From assembly GCA_964016885.1 (NCBI GenBank), contig OZ024741.1, positions 130,510,001 through 130,574,000 of the forward strand: DNA of 64,000 nucleotides, written 5' to 3'. The notes under the pieces were generated by a model. The model was not told where the DNA came from. It saw only the letters and a list, made by a program, of their open reading frames with translations, and made no database searches. This stretch comes from Eledone cirrhosa (lineage: Eukaryota). Shown here piece after piece: positions 47,901-63,861 of the stretch. Position numbers and translations under genes: made by a program. Positions within the stretch are counted from its first letter, which is position 1. Each line of letters begins with the position of its first letter.

Positions 47901-50900
47901 TCACTATCACTACTACCAACACCGTCACCAACACTACTACCTACACCATCACTACTACCATCACAATCACTACTACCAACACCATCTCCACTACCATCAC
48001 CATCACTACTATCATCACCATCAATACTACAAACACCATCACTACTACCATCACCATCACTACTACCAACACCATCAGTACTACTATCACCATCACTACT
48101 ACCATCACCATCACTACTACCATCACCATCACTACTACCATCACCATCACCATCACTACTACCATCACCATCACTACCACCATCACCATCACTACTACCA
48201 TCACTACAACCATCACCATCAGTACTACCAACACCATCACTAATACCATCACCATCACTACTACCATCACCATCACTACCACCATCACCATCACTACTAC
48301 CATCACCATCACTACTACCATCACCATCACTACAACCAACACCATCACTACTACCAACACCATCACTAGAACCATCACCATCACTACAACCAACACCATC
48401 ACCATCACTACTACCAACACCATCACTACTACCAACACCATCACCATCACTACTACCAACACCATCACTACTACCATCACCATCACTACTACCATCACCA
48501 TCACTACAACCAACACCATCACTACTAACAACACCATCAGTAGAACCATCACCATCACTACAACCAACACCATCACCATCACTACTACCAACACCATCAC
48601 TACTACCAACACCATCACCATCACTACTATCAACACCATCACTACAACCAACACCATCACCATCACTACTACCAACACCATCACTACTAACAACACCATC
48701 ACTACTACCATCACCATCACTACAACCAACACCATCACTAGTACCAACACCATCACTACTACCAACACCATCACTACTACCAACACCATCACCATCACTA
48801 CTACCAACAACATCACTACTACCATCACCATCACTACTACCATCACCATCACTACTACCATCACCATCACTACTACCAACACCATCACTACAACCAACAC
48901 CATCACCATCACTACTATCAACACTATCACTACTACCAACACCATCACCATCACTACTACCAACACCATCACTACTACCATCACCATCACTACTACACTC
49001 ACCATCACTACTACCAACACCATCACCACTACCAACACCATCACCATCACTACTACCATCACAATCACTACTACTATCACCATCACCACTCCATCACCAT
49101 CACTACTACCAACACCATCACTACTACCAACACCATCACTACTACCAACACCATCACTACTACCAACACCATCACCGTCACTACTACCAACAACATCACT
49201 ACAACCAACACCATCACCATCACTACTACCAACACCATCACTACTACCAACACCATCACCATCACTACTACCAACACCATCACTACTACCATCACCATCA
49301 CTACTACCATCACCATCACTACAACCAACACCATCACTACTAACAACACCATCAGTAGAACCATCACCATCACTACAACCAACACCATCACCATCACTAC
49401 TACCAACACCATCACTACTACCAACACCATCACCATCACTACTATCAACACCATCACTACTACCAACACCATCACCATCACTACTACCAACACCATCACT
49501 ACTAACAACACCATCACTACTACCATCACCATCACTACAACCAACACCATCACTAGTACCAACACCATCACTACTACCAACACCATCACTACTACCAACA
49601 CCATCACCATCACTACTACCAACAACATCACTACTACCATCACCATCACTACTACCATCACCATCACTACTACCATCACCATCACTACTACCAACACCAT
49701 CACTACAACCAACACCATCACCATCACTACTATCAACACTATCACTACAACCAACACCATCACCATCACTACTACCAACACCATCACTACTACCATCACC
49801 ATCACTACTACAATCACCATCACTACTACTAACACCATCACCACTACCAACACCATCACCATCACTACTACCATCACAATCACTACTACTATCACCATCA
49901 CCACTCTATCACCATCACTATTACCAACACCATCACTACTACCAACACCATCACTACTACCAACACCATCACTACTACCAACACCATCACCATCACTACT
50001 ACCAACAACATCACTACTACCATCACCATCACTACTACCATCACCATCACTACTACCATCACCATCACTACTACCAACACCATCACTACAACCAACACCA
50101 TCACCATCACTACTATCAACACCATCACTACTACCAACACCATCACCATCACTACTACCAACACCATCACTACTACCATCACCATCACTACTACAATCAC
50201 CATCACTACTATTAACACCATCACCACTACCAACACCATCACCATCACTACTACCATCACCATCACCATCACTACTACCTACACCATCGCGACTACCATC
50301 ACAATCACTACTACCAACACCATCTCCACTACCATCACCATCACTACTATCATCACCATCAATACTACAAACACCATCACTACTACCATCACCATCACTA
50401 CTACCAACACCATCACTACTACCATCACCATCACTACTACCATCACCATCACTACTACCATCACCATCACTACTACCAACACCATCACTACTACCATCAC
50501 CATCACTACTACCATCACCATCACTAGTACCATCACCATCACTACTACCATCACCATCACCATCACTACTACCATCACCATCACAACTACCAACACCATC
50601 ATTACTACCAACACCATCACCATCACTACTACCGTCACCATCACTACTACCAACACCATCACAACTACCAACACCATCACTACTACCAACACCATCACCA
50701 TCACCACTACCAACACCATCACCACAACCATTACCATCACTACTACCAACACTATCACTACTACCTACACCATCACTACTACCAACACCATAACCATCAC
50801 TACTACCAACACCATCACTACTACCAACACCGTCACTACTAACAACACCATCACTACTATCAACACCATCATCACTACCATCACCATCACCATCACTACT

Positions 50901-53900
50901 ACCAACACCATCACTACTACCATCACCATCACTACTACCATCACCATCACTACTACCATCACCATCACTACAACAAATACCATCACTACTACCAACACCA
51001 TCACTACTACCAACACCATCACCATCACTACTACCATCACCATCACTACCACCATCACCATCACTACTACCATCACCGTCACTACAATCATCACCATCAC
51101 TACTACCAACACCATCACTACTACCAACACCATCACTACTACCATCACCATCACTACTACCATCCCCATCAGTACTACCATCACCATCACTACTACCAAC
51201 GCCATCACCATCACTACTACCATCACCATCACTACTACTAACACCATCACCACTACCAACACCATCACCATCACTACTACCATCACAATCACTACTACTA
51301 TCACCATCACCACTACCATCACCATCACTACAACCAACACCATCACCATCATTACTACTAACACCATCACTACTACCATCACAATCACTACTACCAACAC
51401 CATCACCACTACCATCACCATCACTACTACCAATACCATCAGCATCAATACTACCAACACCATCACTACTACCAACACCATCACTACTACCATCACCATC
51501 ACTACTACCAACACCATCACCATCACTACTACCAACACCATCACTACTACCATCACAATCACTACTACCAACACCATCACCATCACTACTATCATCACCA
51601 TCAATACTACAAACACCATGACTACTACCATCACCATCACTACTACCAACACCATCACTACTACCAACACCATCACCATCACTACTACCAACATCATCAC
51701 TACTACCATCACCATCACTACTACCATCACCATCACTACTACCAACACCATCGCTACTACCATCACCATCACTACTACCAACACCATCACTACGACCATC
51801 ACCATCACCATCACCACTACCATCACCAACACTACTACCAACACCATAACCATCACTACTCCCAACACCATCACTACTACCATCACCATCACTACTACCA
51901 TCACCATCACTACAACAAACACCATCACTACTACCAACACCATCACTACTACCAACACCATCACCATCACTACTACCATCACCATCACTACCACCATCAC
52001 CATCACTACAACCATCACCATCACTACTACCAACACCATCACTACTACCATCACCATCACTACAACCAACACCATCAGTACTACCAACACAATCACTACT
52101 ACCATCACCATCACTACTACCATCACCATCACTACAACCAACACCATCACTTCTACCATCACCATCACTACAACCACACCATCAACATCACTACTATCAA
52201 CACCATCACTGCTACCATCACCATCACCATCACTACTACCAACACAATCACTACTACCATCACCATCACTACTACCAACACCATCACGACTACCATCACC
52301 ATCACTACAACCAACACCATCACCATCACTACTACCAACACCATCACTACTACCAACACCATCACCATCACTACTACCATCACCATCACCACTACCAACA
52401 CCAACACCATCATTACTACCATCACAATCACTACTACCAACACCATCACCACTACCATCACCATCACTACTACCAACACCATCACCATCAATACTACCAA
52501 CACCATCACTACTACCAACACCATCACTACTACCATCACCATCACTACTACCAACACCATCACCATCACTACTACCTACACCATCGCGACTACCATCACA
52601 ATCACTACTACCAACACCATCTCCACTACCATCACCATCACTACTATCATCACCATCAATACTACAAACACCATCACTACTACCATCACCATCACTACTA
52701 CCAACACCATCACTACTACCATCACCATCACTACTACCATCACCATCACTACTACCATCACCATCACTACTACCATCACCATCACTACTACCAACACCAT
52801 CGCTACTACCATCACCATCACTACTACCAACACCATCACTACGACCATCACCATCACCATCACCACTACCATCACCAACACTACTACCAACACCATAACC
52901 ATCACTACTCCCAACACCATCACTACTACCATCACCATCACTACTACCATCACCATCACTACAACAAACACCATCACTACTACCAACACCATCACTACTA
53001 CCAACACCATCACCATCACTACTACCATCACCATCACTACCACCATCACCATCACTACAACCATCACCATCACTACTACCAACACCATCACTACTACCAT
53101 CACCATCACTACAACCAACACCATCAGTACTACCAACACCATCACTTCTACCATCACCATCACTACAACCACACCATCAACATCACTACTATCAACACCA
53201 TCACTGCTACCATCACCATCACCATCACTACTACCAACACAATCACTACTACCATCACCATCACTACTACCAACACCATCACGACTACCATCACCATCAC
53301 TACAACCAACACCATCACCATCACTACTACCAACACCATCACTACTACCAACACCATCACCATCACTACTACCATCACCATCACCACTACCAACACCAAC
53401 ACCATCATTACTACCATCACAATCACTACTACCAACACCATCACCACTACCATCACCATCACTACTACCAACACCATCACCATCAATACTACCAACACCA
53501 TCACTACTACCAACACCATCACTACTACCATCACCATCACTACTACCAACACCATCACCATCACTACTACCTACACCATCGCGACTACCATCACAATCAC
53601 TACTACCAACACCATCTCCACTACCATCACCATCACTACTATCATCACCATCAATACTACAAACACCATCACTACTACCATCACCATCACTACTACCAAC
53701 ACCATCACTACTACCATCACCATCACTACTACCATCACCATCACTACTACCATCACCATCACTACTACCAACACCATCACTACTACCATCACCATCACTA
53801 CTACCATCACCATCACTACTACCAACACCATCACCATCACTACTACCTACACCATCGCGACTACCATCACAATCACTACTACCAACACCATCTCCACTAC

Positions 53901-56900
53901 CATCACCATCACTACTATCATCACCATCAATACTACAAACACCATCACTACTACCATCACCCTCACTACTACCAACACCATCACTACTACCATCACCATC
54001 ACTACTACCATCACCATCACTACTACCATCACCATCACTACTACCAACACCATCACTACTACCATCACCATCACTACTACCATCACCATCACTACTACCA
54101 TCACCATCACTACTACCATCACCATCACTACTACCAACACCATCACTACTACCATCACCATCACTACTACCATCACCATCACTACTACCATCACCATCAC
54201 TACTACCATCACCGTCACCATCACTACTACCAACACCATCACAACTACCAACACCATCACTACTACCAACACCATCACTACTACCAACACCATCACCACA
54301 ACCATTACCATCACTACTACCAACACTATCACTACTACCTACACCATCACTACTACCAACACCATAACCATCACTACTACCAACACCATCACTACTACCA
54401 ACACCGTCACTACTACCAACACCATCACTACTATCAACACCATCATCACTACCATCACCATCACCATCACTACTACCAACACCATCACTACTACCATCAC
54501 CATCACTACTACCATCACCATCACTACTACCATCACCATCACTACAACAAATACCATCACTACTACCAACACCATCACTACTACCAACACCATCACCATC
54601 ACTACTACCATCACCATCACTACCACCATCACCATCACTACTACCATCACCGTCACTACAATCATCACCATCACTACTACCAACACCATCACTACTACCA
54701 ACACCATCACTACTACCATCACCATCACTACTACCATCACCATCAGTACTACCATCACCATCACTACTACCAACGCCATCACCATCACTACTACCATCAC
54801 CATCACTACTACTAACACCATCACCACTACCAACACCATCACCATCACTACTACCATCACAATCACTACTACTATCACCATCACCACTACCATCACCATC
54901 ACTACAACCAACACCATCACCATCATTACTACTAACACCATCACTACTACCATCACAATCACTACTACCAACACCATCACCACTACCATCACCATCACTA
55001 CTACCAAAACCATCAGCATCAATACTACCAACACCATCACTACTACCAACACCATCACTACTACCATCACCATCACTACTACCAACACCATCACCATCAC
55101 TACTACCAACACCATCACTACTACCAACACCATCACCATCACTACTACCAACATCATCACTACTACCATCACCATCACTACTACCATCACCATCACTACT
55201 ACCAACACCATCGCTACTACCATCACCATCACTACTACCAACACCATCACTACGACCATCACCATCACCATCACCACTACCATCACCAACACTACTACCA
55301 ACACCATAACCATCACTACTCCCAACACCATCACTACTAACATCACCATCACTACTACCATCACCATCACTACAACAAACACCATCACTACTACCAACAC
55401 CATCACTACTACCAACACCATCACCATCACTACTACCATCACCATCACTACCACCATCACCATCACTACAACCATCACCATCACTACTACCAACACCATC
55501 ACTACTACCATCACCATCACTACAACCATCACCATCACTACTACCAACGCCATCACCATCACTACTACCATCACCATCACTACTACCATCACCATCACTA
55601 CAACCAACACCATCACTTCTACCATCACCATCACTACAACCAACACCATCACCATCACTACTATCAACACCATCACTGCTACCATCACCATCACCATCAC
55701 TACTACCAACACAATCACTACTACCATCACCATCACTACTACCAACACCATCACGACTACCATCACCATCACTACAACCAACACCATCACCATCACTACT
55801 ACCAACACCATCACTACTACCAACACCATCACCATCACTACTACCATCACCATCACCACTACCAACACCAACACCATCATTACTACCATCACAATCACTA
55901 CTACCAACACCATCACCACTACCATCACCATCACTACTACCAACACCATCACCATCAATACTACCAACACCATCACTACTACCAACACCATCACTACTAC
56001 CAACACCATCACCATCACTACTACCAACACCATCACTACTACCATCACAATCACTACTACCAACACCATCACCATCACTACTATCATCACCATCAATACT
56101 ACAAACACCATCACTACTACCATCACCATCACTACTACCAACACCATCACTACTACCAACACCATCACTACTACCATCACCATCACTACTACCATCACCA
56201 TCACTACTACCATCGCCATCACTATCACTACTACCAACACCGTCACTACTACCATCACCATCACTACTATCATCACCATCACTACTACCATCACCATCAC
56301 TACTACCAACACCATCACCATCACTACTACCAACATCATCACTACTACCATCACCATCACTACTACCATCAACATCACTACTACCAACACCATCACCATC
56401 ACTACTACCATCACCATCACTACTACCATCACCATCACTACTACCGACACCATCACTACTACCATCACCATCACTACTACCAACACCATCACTACTACCA
56501 ACACCATCACCATCACTACTACCATCACCATCAGCACTACCATCAACATCACTACTACCAACACCATCACTACTACCAACACCATCACCACTACCAACAC
56601 CATTACCATCACTACTACCATCACCGTCACTACTACCATCAACATCACTACTACCAACACCATCACTACTACCATCACCATCACTACTACCAACACCATC
56701 ACTACTACCATCACCATCACTACTACCAACACCATCACTACTACCAACAACATCACCATCACTACTACCATCAACATCACCACTACCATCACCATCACTA
56801 CTACCATCAACATCACTACCACCATCACCATCACTACTACCATCACCATCACTACAACCATCACCATCACTACTACCAACACCATCACTACTACCATCAC

Positions 56901-57600
56901 CATCACTACAACCAACACCATCACTACTACCAAAACAATCACTACTACCATCACCATCACTACTACCATCACCATCACTACTACCATCACCATCACTACA
57001 ACCAACACCATCACTTCTACCATCACCATCACTACAACCAACACCATCACCATCACTACTATCAACACCATCACCATCACTACTACCAATACCATCACGA
57101 CTACCATCACCATCACTACAACCAACACCATCACCATCACTACTACCAACACCATCACTACTACCAACACCATCACTACTACCAACACCATCACCATCAC
57201 TACTACCATCACCATCACTACTTCCAACACCATCACCACTACCAACACCATCACCATCACTACTACCATCACCATCACTACTACTATCACCATCACCACT
57301 ACCATCACCATCACTACAACCAACACCATCACCATCACTACTACCAACACCATCACTACTACCATCACAATCACTACTACCAACACCATCACCACTACCA
57401 TCACCATCACTAGTACCAACACCATCACCATCAATACTACCAACACCATCACTACTACCAACACCATCACCATCACTACTACCAACACCATCACTACTAC
57501 CATCACCATCACTACTACCAACACCATCACTACTACCATCACCATCACTACTACCAACACCATCACTACTACCAACACCATCACCATCACCATTACCAAC
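14974..57600. repeat. About 43-kb complex triplet-phased satellite (hexamer words CCATCA, CTACTA, CCAACA, CCACTA; common 18- and 24-bp units) with higher-order duplications
   Basis: Plus strand is almost G-free with A at every third base. Recurring units are CCATCACTACTACCAACA, CCATCACTACTACCATCA and CCATCACCATCACTACTACCAACA. Rare variants recur at kb spacings. Confidence 0.9.
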
Positions 57601-58100
57601 ATCATCACCAACAACACCAATATCATAACCAACATCACCAAAGTTCACGCCCTGATCATGACAAATATCGCCATGTTCACCACCACCACCACCACCACCA
57701 CTACTACCACAACCACCATCACTACTAATACCTCCAACGCCGACACCATCAACCCCACCAGCCGTACCTTCACCTTCATCACCATTATTACTACCACAAC
57801 CACCAACGCTACTAATATCTCCAGTTTCGCCATCACCAAAACCATCACCACCACCACCACTACCATCACCTTCACCACCACCACTACTACCACAACCACC
57901 ATCACTACTAGTACCACCAACGCCACGCCAGCCTACCACCACCACACCAGCAGTACCATCACCTCCACCTCCACTATCACTACTACCACAACTACCATCA
58001 CTACTAATACCTCCACCGCCGCCTACCACCAACACCACCACCCCTACAAGCCCCACTACACCACCACAACTACCAGCCACTTGCCCTCCGCTACTAACGT
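57601..58100. repeat. Degenerate C/A-rich right border with ~90-bp periodicity
   Basis: CTAC(TA)CCACAAC(C/T)ACCA..CTACTA recurs near 57701, 57791, 57884, 57980 and partially 58062. Confidence 0.7.
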
Positions 58101-58206
58101 CAATTGACGTGTTTGTGTGAATGTTGCAATATGTTGAGTTGATATGTGTGAGTGTTTGTATATATGAATGACTGTATGTGTATGTTTGTGTGCATATACA
58201 TACATA

Positions 58207-58272
<66 letters not shown>

Positions 58273-58282
58273 GGAACGAGTA

Positions 58283-58333
58283 GGACCCCGACGGCTGAGC
58301 TCAAGCCGTTTCGACGGCTAATTCTGGACTCAT
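58283..58333 (-). ncRNA. Truncated hammerhead (3' portion only)
   Basis: Minus strand ATGA-GTCCAGAATTAGCCGTC-GAAA-CGGCT-tgagctc-AGCCG-TC^GGGGTCC: full 5-bp stem III and a GUC site; only ATGA remains of CTGATGA and the 5' strand of stem I is absent. Confidence 0.45.
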
Positions 58334-58363
58334 ATATTCTCTCTCTTTCTTTCTTTGTCTCTC

Positions 58364-59149
<786 letters not shown>

Positions 59150-59424
59150 ATAAGTAAATAAAATTAAATAAAATAAGATAAATAAATACATACACAAGCA
59201 CAATAACAACAAGCACATAAACACACACTAGTCACCCAGCAGACACAACACTATACACACTAGTCACACATCACACATAACACTATACACACACGCAAAC
59301 GCATGCGCAAAGAAGACAAAATAAAATAAGATAAACAAACAAGCAAATAAATAAATATATATATAGACAGACTGAATAAAAAATGGCGTAGACATACAAC
59401 ACAACAGGAAGAACAATGAATATA

Positions 59425-59466
59425 ACACCACTGACGATGTTGCAGATGTGCAACGAAAGATTTATG
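59425..59466 (+). ncRNA. Hammerhead-like core in the PLE pLTR (also 61354-61395 minus and 62413-62454 plus)
   Basis: CTGACGA-T-GTTGCA-gatg-TGCAAC-GAAA-GATT-TA: core and a perfect 6-bp stem II; stem I pairing is weak. Confidence 0.5.
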
Positions 59467-59678
59467 TAAATTATGTAAACTATATATATATGTGTTTGTG
59501 TCTATATTGTATCTGTATTGTTTTTGACCGCCGGTCAGTCAATGGCAACATTGAGGACCGAGTAAGTTAGATCGCAGATATAAAAGACAGCGAGAAGCGA
59601 AAACCAACCAAACAGTGAGTGTGTTCTGTTATTAATTCTGGCAATATTACGCAAAAATGACCCTCCCCAAGTATAACA

Positions 59679-59716
<38 letters not shown>

Positions 59717-59838
59717 GTATATATATATATGTATATATATACATATATATACATACATATATATACATACTCACACCCACACACATATATATATATATAT
59801 ACAATAAGAAACACACGCACCAGTCAAATTCAGCAACG

Positions 59839-59890
<52 letters not shown>

Positions 59891-59893
59891 ATG

Positions 59894-59931
<38 letters not shown>

Positions 59932-59984
59932 AATGTGTTAAATTTTTGTGTATAAGAGAGTATTTGTGTTTTTAAATATGGGTT

Positions 59985-60576
59985 AGCGGGGAGTGTTTAA
60001 ATATAAACTGATGAGTTCTTCACTAAAAGGAGACCCAAGAATGAATAAAATCCTCCAAACACACAACATCATAAAGAGCAAAAGACAACCTAAATCCATA
60101 AAAAACATCCTCACACAATCCAAAATCCAACCAACCCTCACAATGAAACCCACAGTAAAAAAAAAAATCGGAAGGCCCAACTGTGGTATATGCATAAATC
60201 TAATAGAAGGTTCAACATTCCATTTTAAACAAGGACAACATTTCACAGTTAAACACAACTTTACATGTGCATCTGAAAACCTCATCTATGTTTTGACCTG
60301 CTCAGGTTGTCAAGAGCACTACATTGGACAGACAAAAAACAGCCTCCGACAACGTATGACCGTCCATAGATCACAAATCAAAATACAGGAATACAGAAAG
60401 ATTGCTTTTAGTGAACATATCGTCAATTGTACACCTAACCAACTACCAAACTTTAGAATTTCCCCATTTACAAATTAATAGACAACGCTTCTTTCATCCA
60501 TCGTACTAATAAAGAAACGTACTTCATTAACAAATTCCAACCTCTACTTAATGGACTAAACTTTGGACTAAACTAA
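59985..60576 (+). mobile_element. 5'-truncated Neptune-like Penelope element, family B (GIY-YIG, frameshifted)
   Basis: KSKRQPKSIKNILT..GRPNCGIC..FTCASENLIYVLTCSGCQEHYIGQTKNSLRQRMTVHRSQI..SEH; after a frameshift near 60468 it continues YKLI..RTNKETYFINKFQPLLN. Non-coding sequence to about 61035 may belong to it. Confidence 0.85.
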
Positions 60577-61032
60577 AACTGGAACGAACAATGAACCATA
60601 GTCCAAAATCCCTACGTTCTCTATAGAGTTACCTCCCTGACACCCTACCTAATCCTTTTTCTTAAATAAATGAATTACCTCTCCTCTCTTTCTCCTACCC
60701 GACCACCCTGAATTACCTCCCCTGCATATTAATTCTCTAAAAAGGGAAAACACATCCAATCCCAGACGGACATTTGCCTCCATCAAGGATCAACTTCTTT
60801 AAGCGATCTTGCCATAATAACATTTTTTTAACTACTTATCCTCAAAAAACAATGCTTGTAAATAATAAATAAATGAATAAATGAATGGTATTGTTAATTA
60901 ATAAATAAATTAACTAATACATTAACACTTCATACAAAGTAAAATATTTTATTTTAAACATTTTTTAACCCAGAAAAAAGAGAAAAAAATAAGGAAAAAG
61001 TATACTTTTCATCCTAATAATCGTTTTTTTCT

Positions 61033-61100
<68 letters not shown>

Positions 61101-61140
61101 TAGCGAAGTTTTTTTATATGAAATCGTGTGTCGAAACAGA

Positions 61141-62660
61141 TATTGTTATATTTGGGGAGGGTCATATTTGTGTAATATTGCCAGAATTAATAACAGAACA
61201 CACTCACTGTTTGGTTGGTTTTCGCTTCTCGCTGTCTTTTATATCTGCGATCTAACTTACTCGGTCCTCAATGTTGCCATTGACTGACCGGCGGTCAAAA
61301 ATAATACAGATACAATATAGACACAAACACATATATATAGTTTACATAATTTACATAAATCTTTCGTTGCACATCTGCAACATCGTCAGTGGTGTTATAT
61401 TCATTGTTCCTCCTGTTGTGTTGTATGTCTACGCCATTTTTTATTCAGTCTGTCTATATATTTATTTATTTATTTGCTTGTTTGTTTATCTTATTTTATT
61501 TTGTCTTCTTTGCGCATGCGTTTGCGTGTGTGTATAGTGTTATGTGTGATGTGTGACTAGTGTGTATAGTGTTGTGTCTGCTGGGTGACTAGTGTGTGTT
61601 TATGTGCTTGTTGTTATTGTGCTTGTGTATGTATTTATTTATCTTATTTTATTTAATTTTATTTACTTATTTATACTTCTCTTAGGTCAGTGTTTTTTGT
61701 TTGGGTGTTGTTGTTGTTCCACTCATTCTTTCTGTTTAGCTTTGGTCTTCTAATTTCTAATTCACTGGCCTCTCTGATTTGCCTATCTGCTGAGTCATTC
61801 CTAGTCTATAGCATAAGATGTACAGAGGGTACTTGCAGAAACATGACAACAACATACATAGGTGAGACAGCTCGTAGCATAGGTGAAAGGATAAACCAAC
61901 ACCGGGGGGAACTAAAAGGACGAAAAAACGGGTCAGTACTATACGAACATGCTAGACAACAACATGACGGTAACATAGACAACATAGAAATTAGAATAAT
62001 ATCTAAACATAGGAATGACCCAGCAGATAGGCAAATCAGAGAGGCCAGTGAAATAGAAATTAGAAGACCAAAGCTAAACTGAAAGAATGAGTGGAACAAC
62101 AACAACACCCAAACAAACAACACTGACCTAAGAGAAGTATAAATAAGTAAATAAAATAAAATAAGATAAATAAATACATACACAAGCACAATAACAACAA
62201 GCACATAAACACACACTAGTCACCCAGCAGACACAACACTATACACACTAGTCACACAGCACACATAACACTATACACACACGCAAACGCATGCGCAAAG
62301 AAGACAAAATAAAATAAGATAAACAAACAAGCAAATAAATAAATAAATATATAGACAGACTGAATAAAAAATGGCGTAGACATACAACACAACAGGAGGA
62401 ACAATGAATATAACACCACTGACGATGTTGCAGATGTGCAACGAAAGATTTATGTAAATTATGTAAACTATATATATGTGTTTGTGTCTATATTGTATCT
62501 GTATTATTTTTCACCGCCGGTCAGTCAATGGCAACATTGAGGACCGAGTAAGTTAGATCGCAGATATAAAAGACAGCGAGAAGCGAAAACCAACCAAACA
62601 GTGAGTGTGTTCTGTTATTAACTCTGGCAATATTACGCAAATATGACCCTCCCCAAGTAT

Positions 62661-62666
<6 letters not shown>
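61141..62666 (+). mobile_element. Penelope-like family A copy 2: inverted partial pLTR (61141-61803) joined to a 5'-truncated direct copy (61805-62666)
   Basis: 61805-62666 matches about 58812-59680 with few differences; 61141-61803 is the reverse complement of about 59017-59681. A 5' inverted pLTR is characteristic of PLE insertions. (TA)n on both flanks. Confidence 0.9.
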
Positions 62667-62724
<58 letters not shown>

Positions 62725-62769
62725 CAACTCGTGTGCTCCTTCTCAACATTTTATAATTGATATATATTT

Positions 62770-62872
<103 letters not shown>

Positions 62873-63414
62873 TATCCGCATGTTTATTGTATGTGCGTCT
62901 TTAGAAATATTTAACACCGTAAAAATGTGCAGATCTGCATTTATTTTATCTTGTTATGGGTCTTCCTCCTTTGTCTTTTCCTCTCTCCCCTCTCTCTATC
63001 TCTCTTTCTCCCTCTACCTTTCTCTTTCTCTCTCCTTCTCTCTCTCTCTCTCTCTCTCTCCCTCTCCCTCTCTCTCTCTCCCCTCTGGCTGTCTAGTCAA
63101 CTGCTTTATTGGATGTCTGACAGCATGTGAAAATGTCTGCGAAAGTACAGTGACTTTCTCCGTTACAAATATTTAGTGATTCATGTTGCCTTAAAGATTC
63201 CCTAGTTATATAGAAAATACTTTTTTTGTACAGAGCGATTAGTGAAAGGACTCAATAAAATTGAAAAGTGTCAGAATTCAAATAGAAGAAATAAATGCTA
63301 GTTGTGCAAGACATCTGAAGGAAAATGTCATCATAGATGTCCTAGGGATCTGACATACGTCGTTAGAGAAAGTTGGAGGATATTTTGACAAATTTACATA
63401 CCTTGCCTCGTCAG

Positions 63415-63595
63415 CGAAGTCTGGAGAAAAAGATATCCATTGTCAAATAGATTTGGAGAAAAAACCATCCATTATCGGCATCATCTGGAGAAAAAGACAT
63501 TCATTGTCAGAAATATGTGGAGAAAACTACATTCCTTGTCAGAGACATCTGGAGGGAAAGACATGCATAGTCAAAAACATCTTGAGGAAATTTCA
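63415..63595. repeat. Diverged 32-bp minisatellite, about 6 copies
   Basis: TGGAG(A/G) at 63422, 63454, 63486, 63518, 63550 and a decayed copy at 63582; consensus near TCTGGAGAAAAAGACATTCATTGTCAGAGACA. Confidence 0.8.
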
Positions 63596-63861
63596 CCTCT
63601 CGCGAGCGACAACCAGTTGTTCATACATATAAGCGTACATAATACAGTAGAGATATTTGAAAAATTTGTGACTGTTCTTTCTAACAGCTCTAACTACCCA
63701 GTATATGGGGTGACAAACAGGGTGTGATTGTCTATAAATACAGAGTGTAAAGGCAGTTCTCATTTAACATTGTCTTTGGGGTCTTGGGACTTGTGAAGTA
63801 TGACTTTATGGGAAACGCCGTGAAGTGACACCACTTTTAGCATAAGCTCAATGATATAATA

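Noticed and set aside
51618-52898. Thr-rich / PTS mucin-like ORF
   Set aside because: The ATG is a point variant inside the repeat, the PSLL register has recurrent TAA, and no mucin domains flank it.
62080-62082. In-frame TGA in a PLE ORF as selenocysteine (as in some Naiad PLEs)
   Set aside because: The other two copies have AGA here, the endonuclease is C-terminal, and the copy is truncated; this is a private nonsense mutation.
63415-63595. C2H2 zinc-finger array (SGEK..HC resembles TGEKP linkers)
   Set aside because: The period is 32 bp, not 84, and does not preserve frame; no CxxC..HxxxH pattern.
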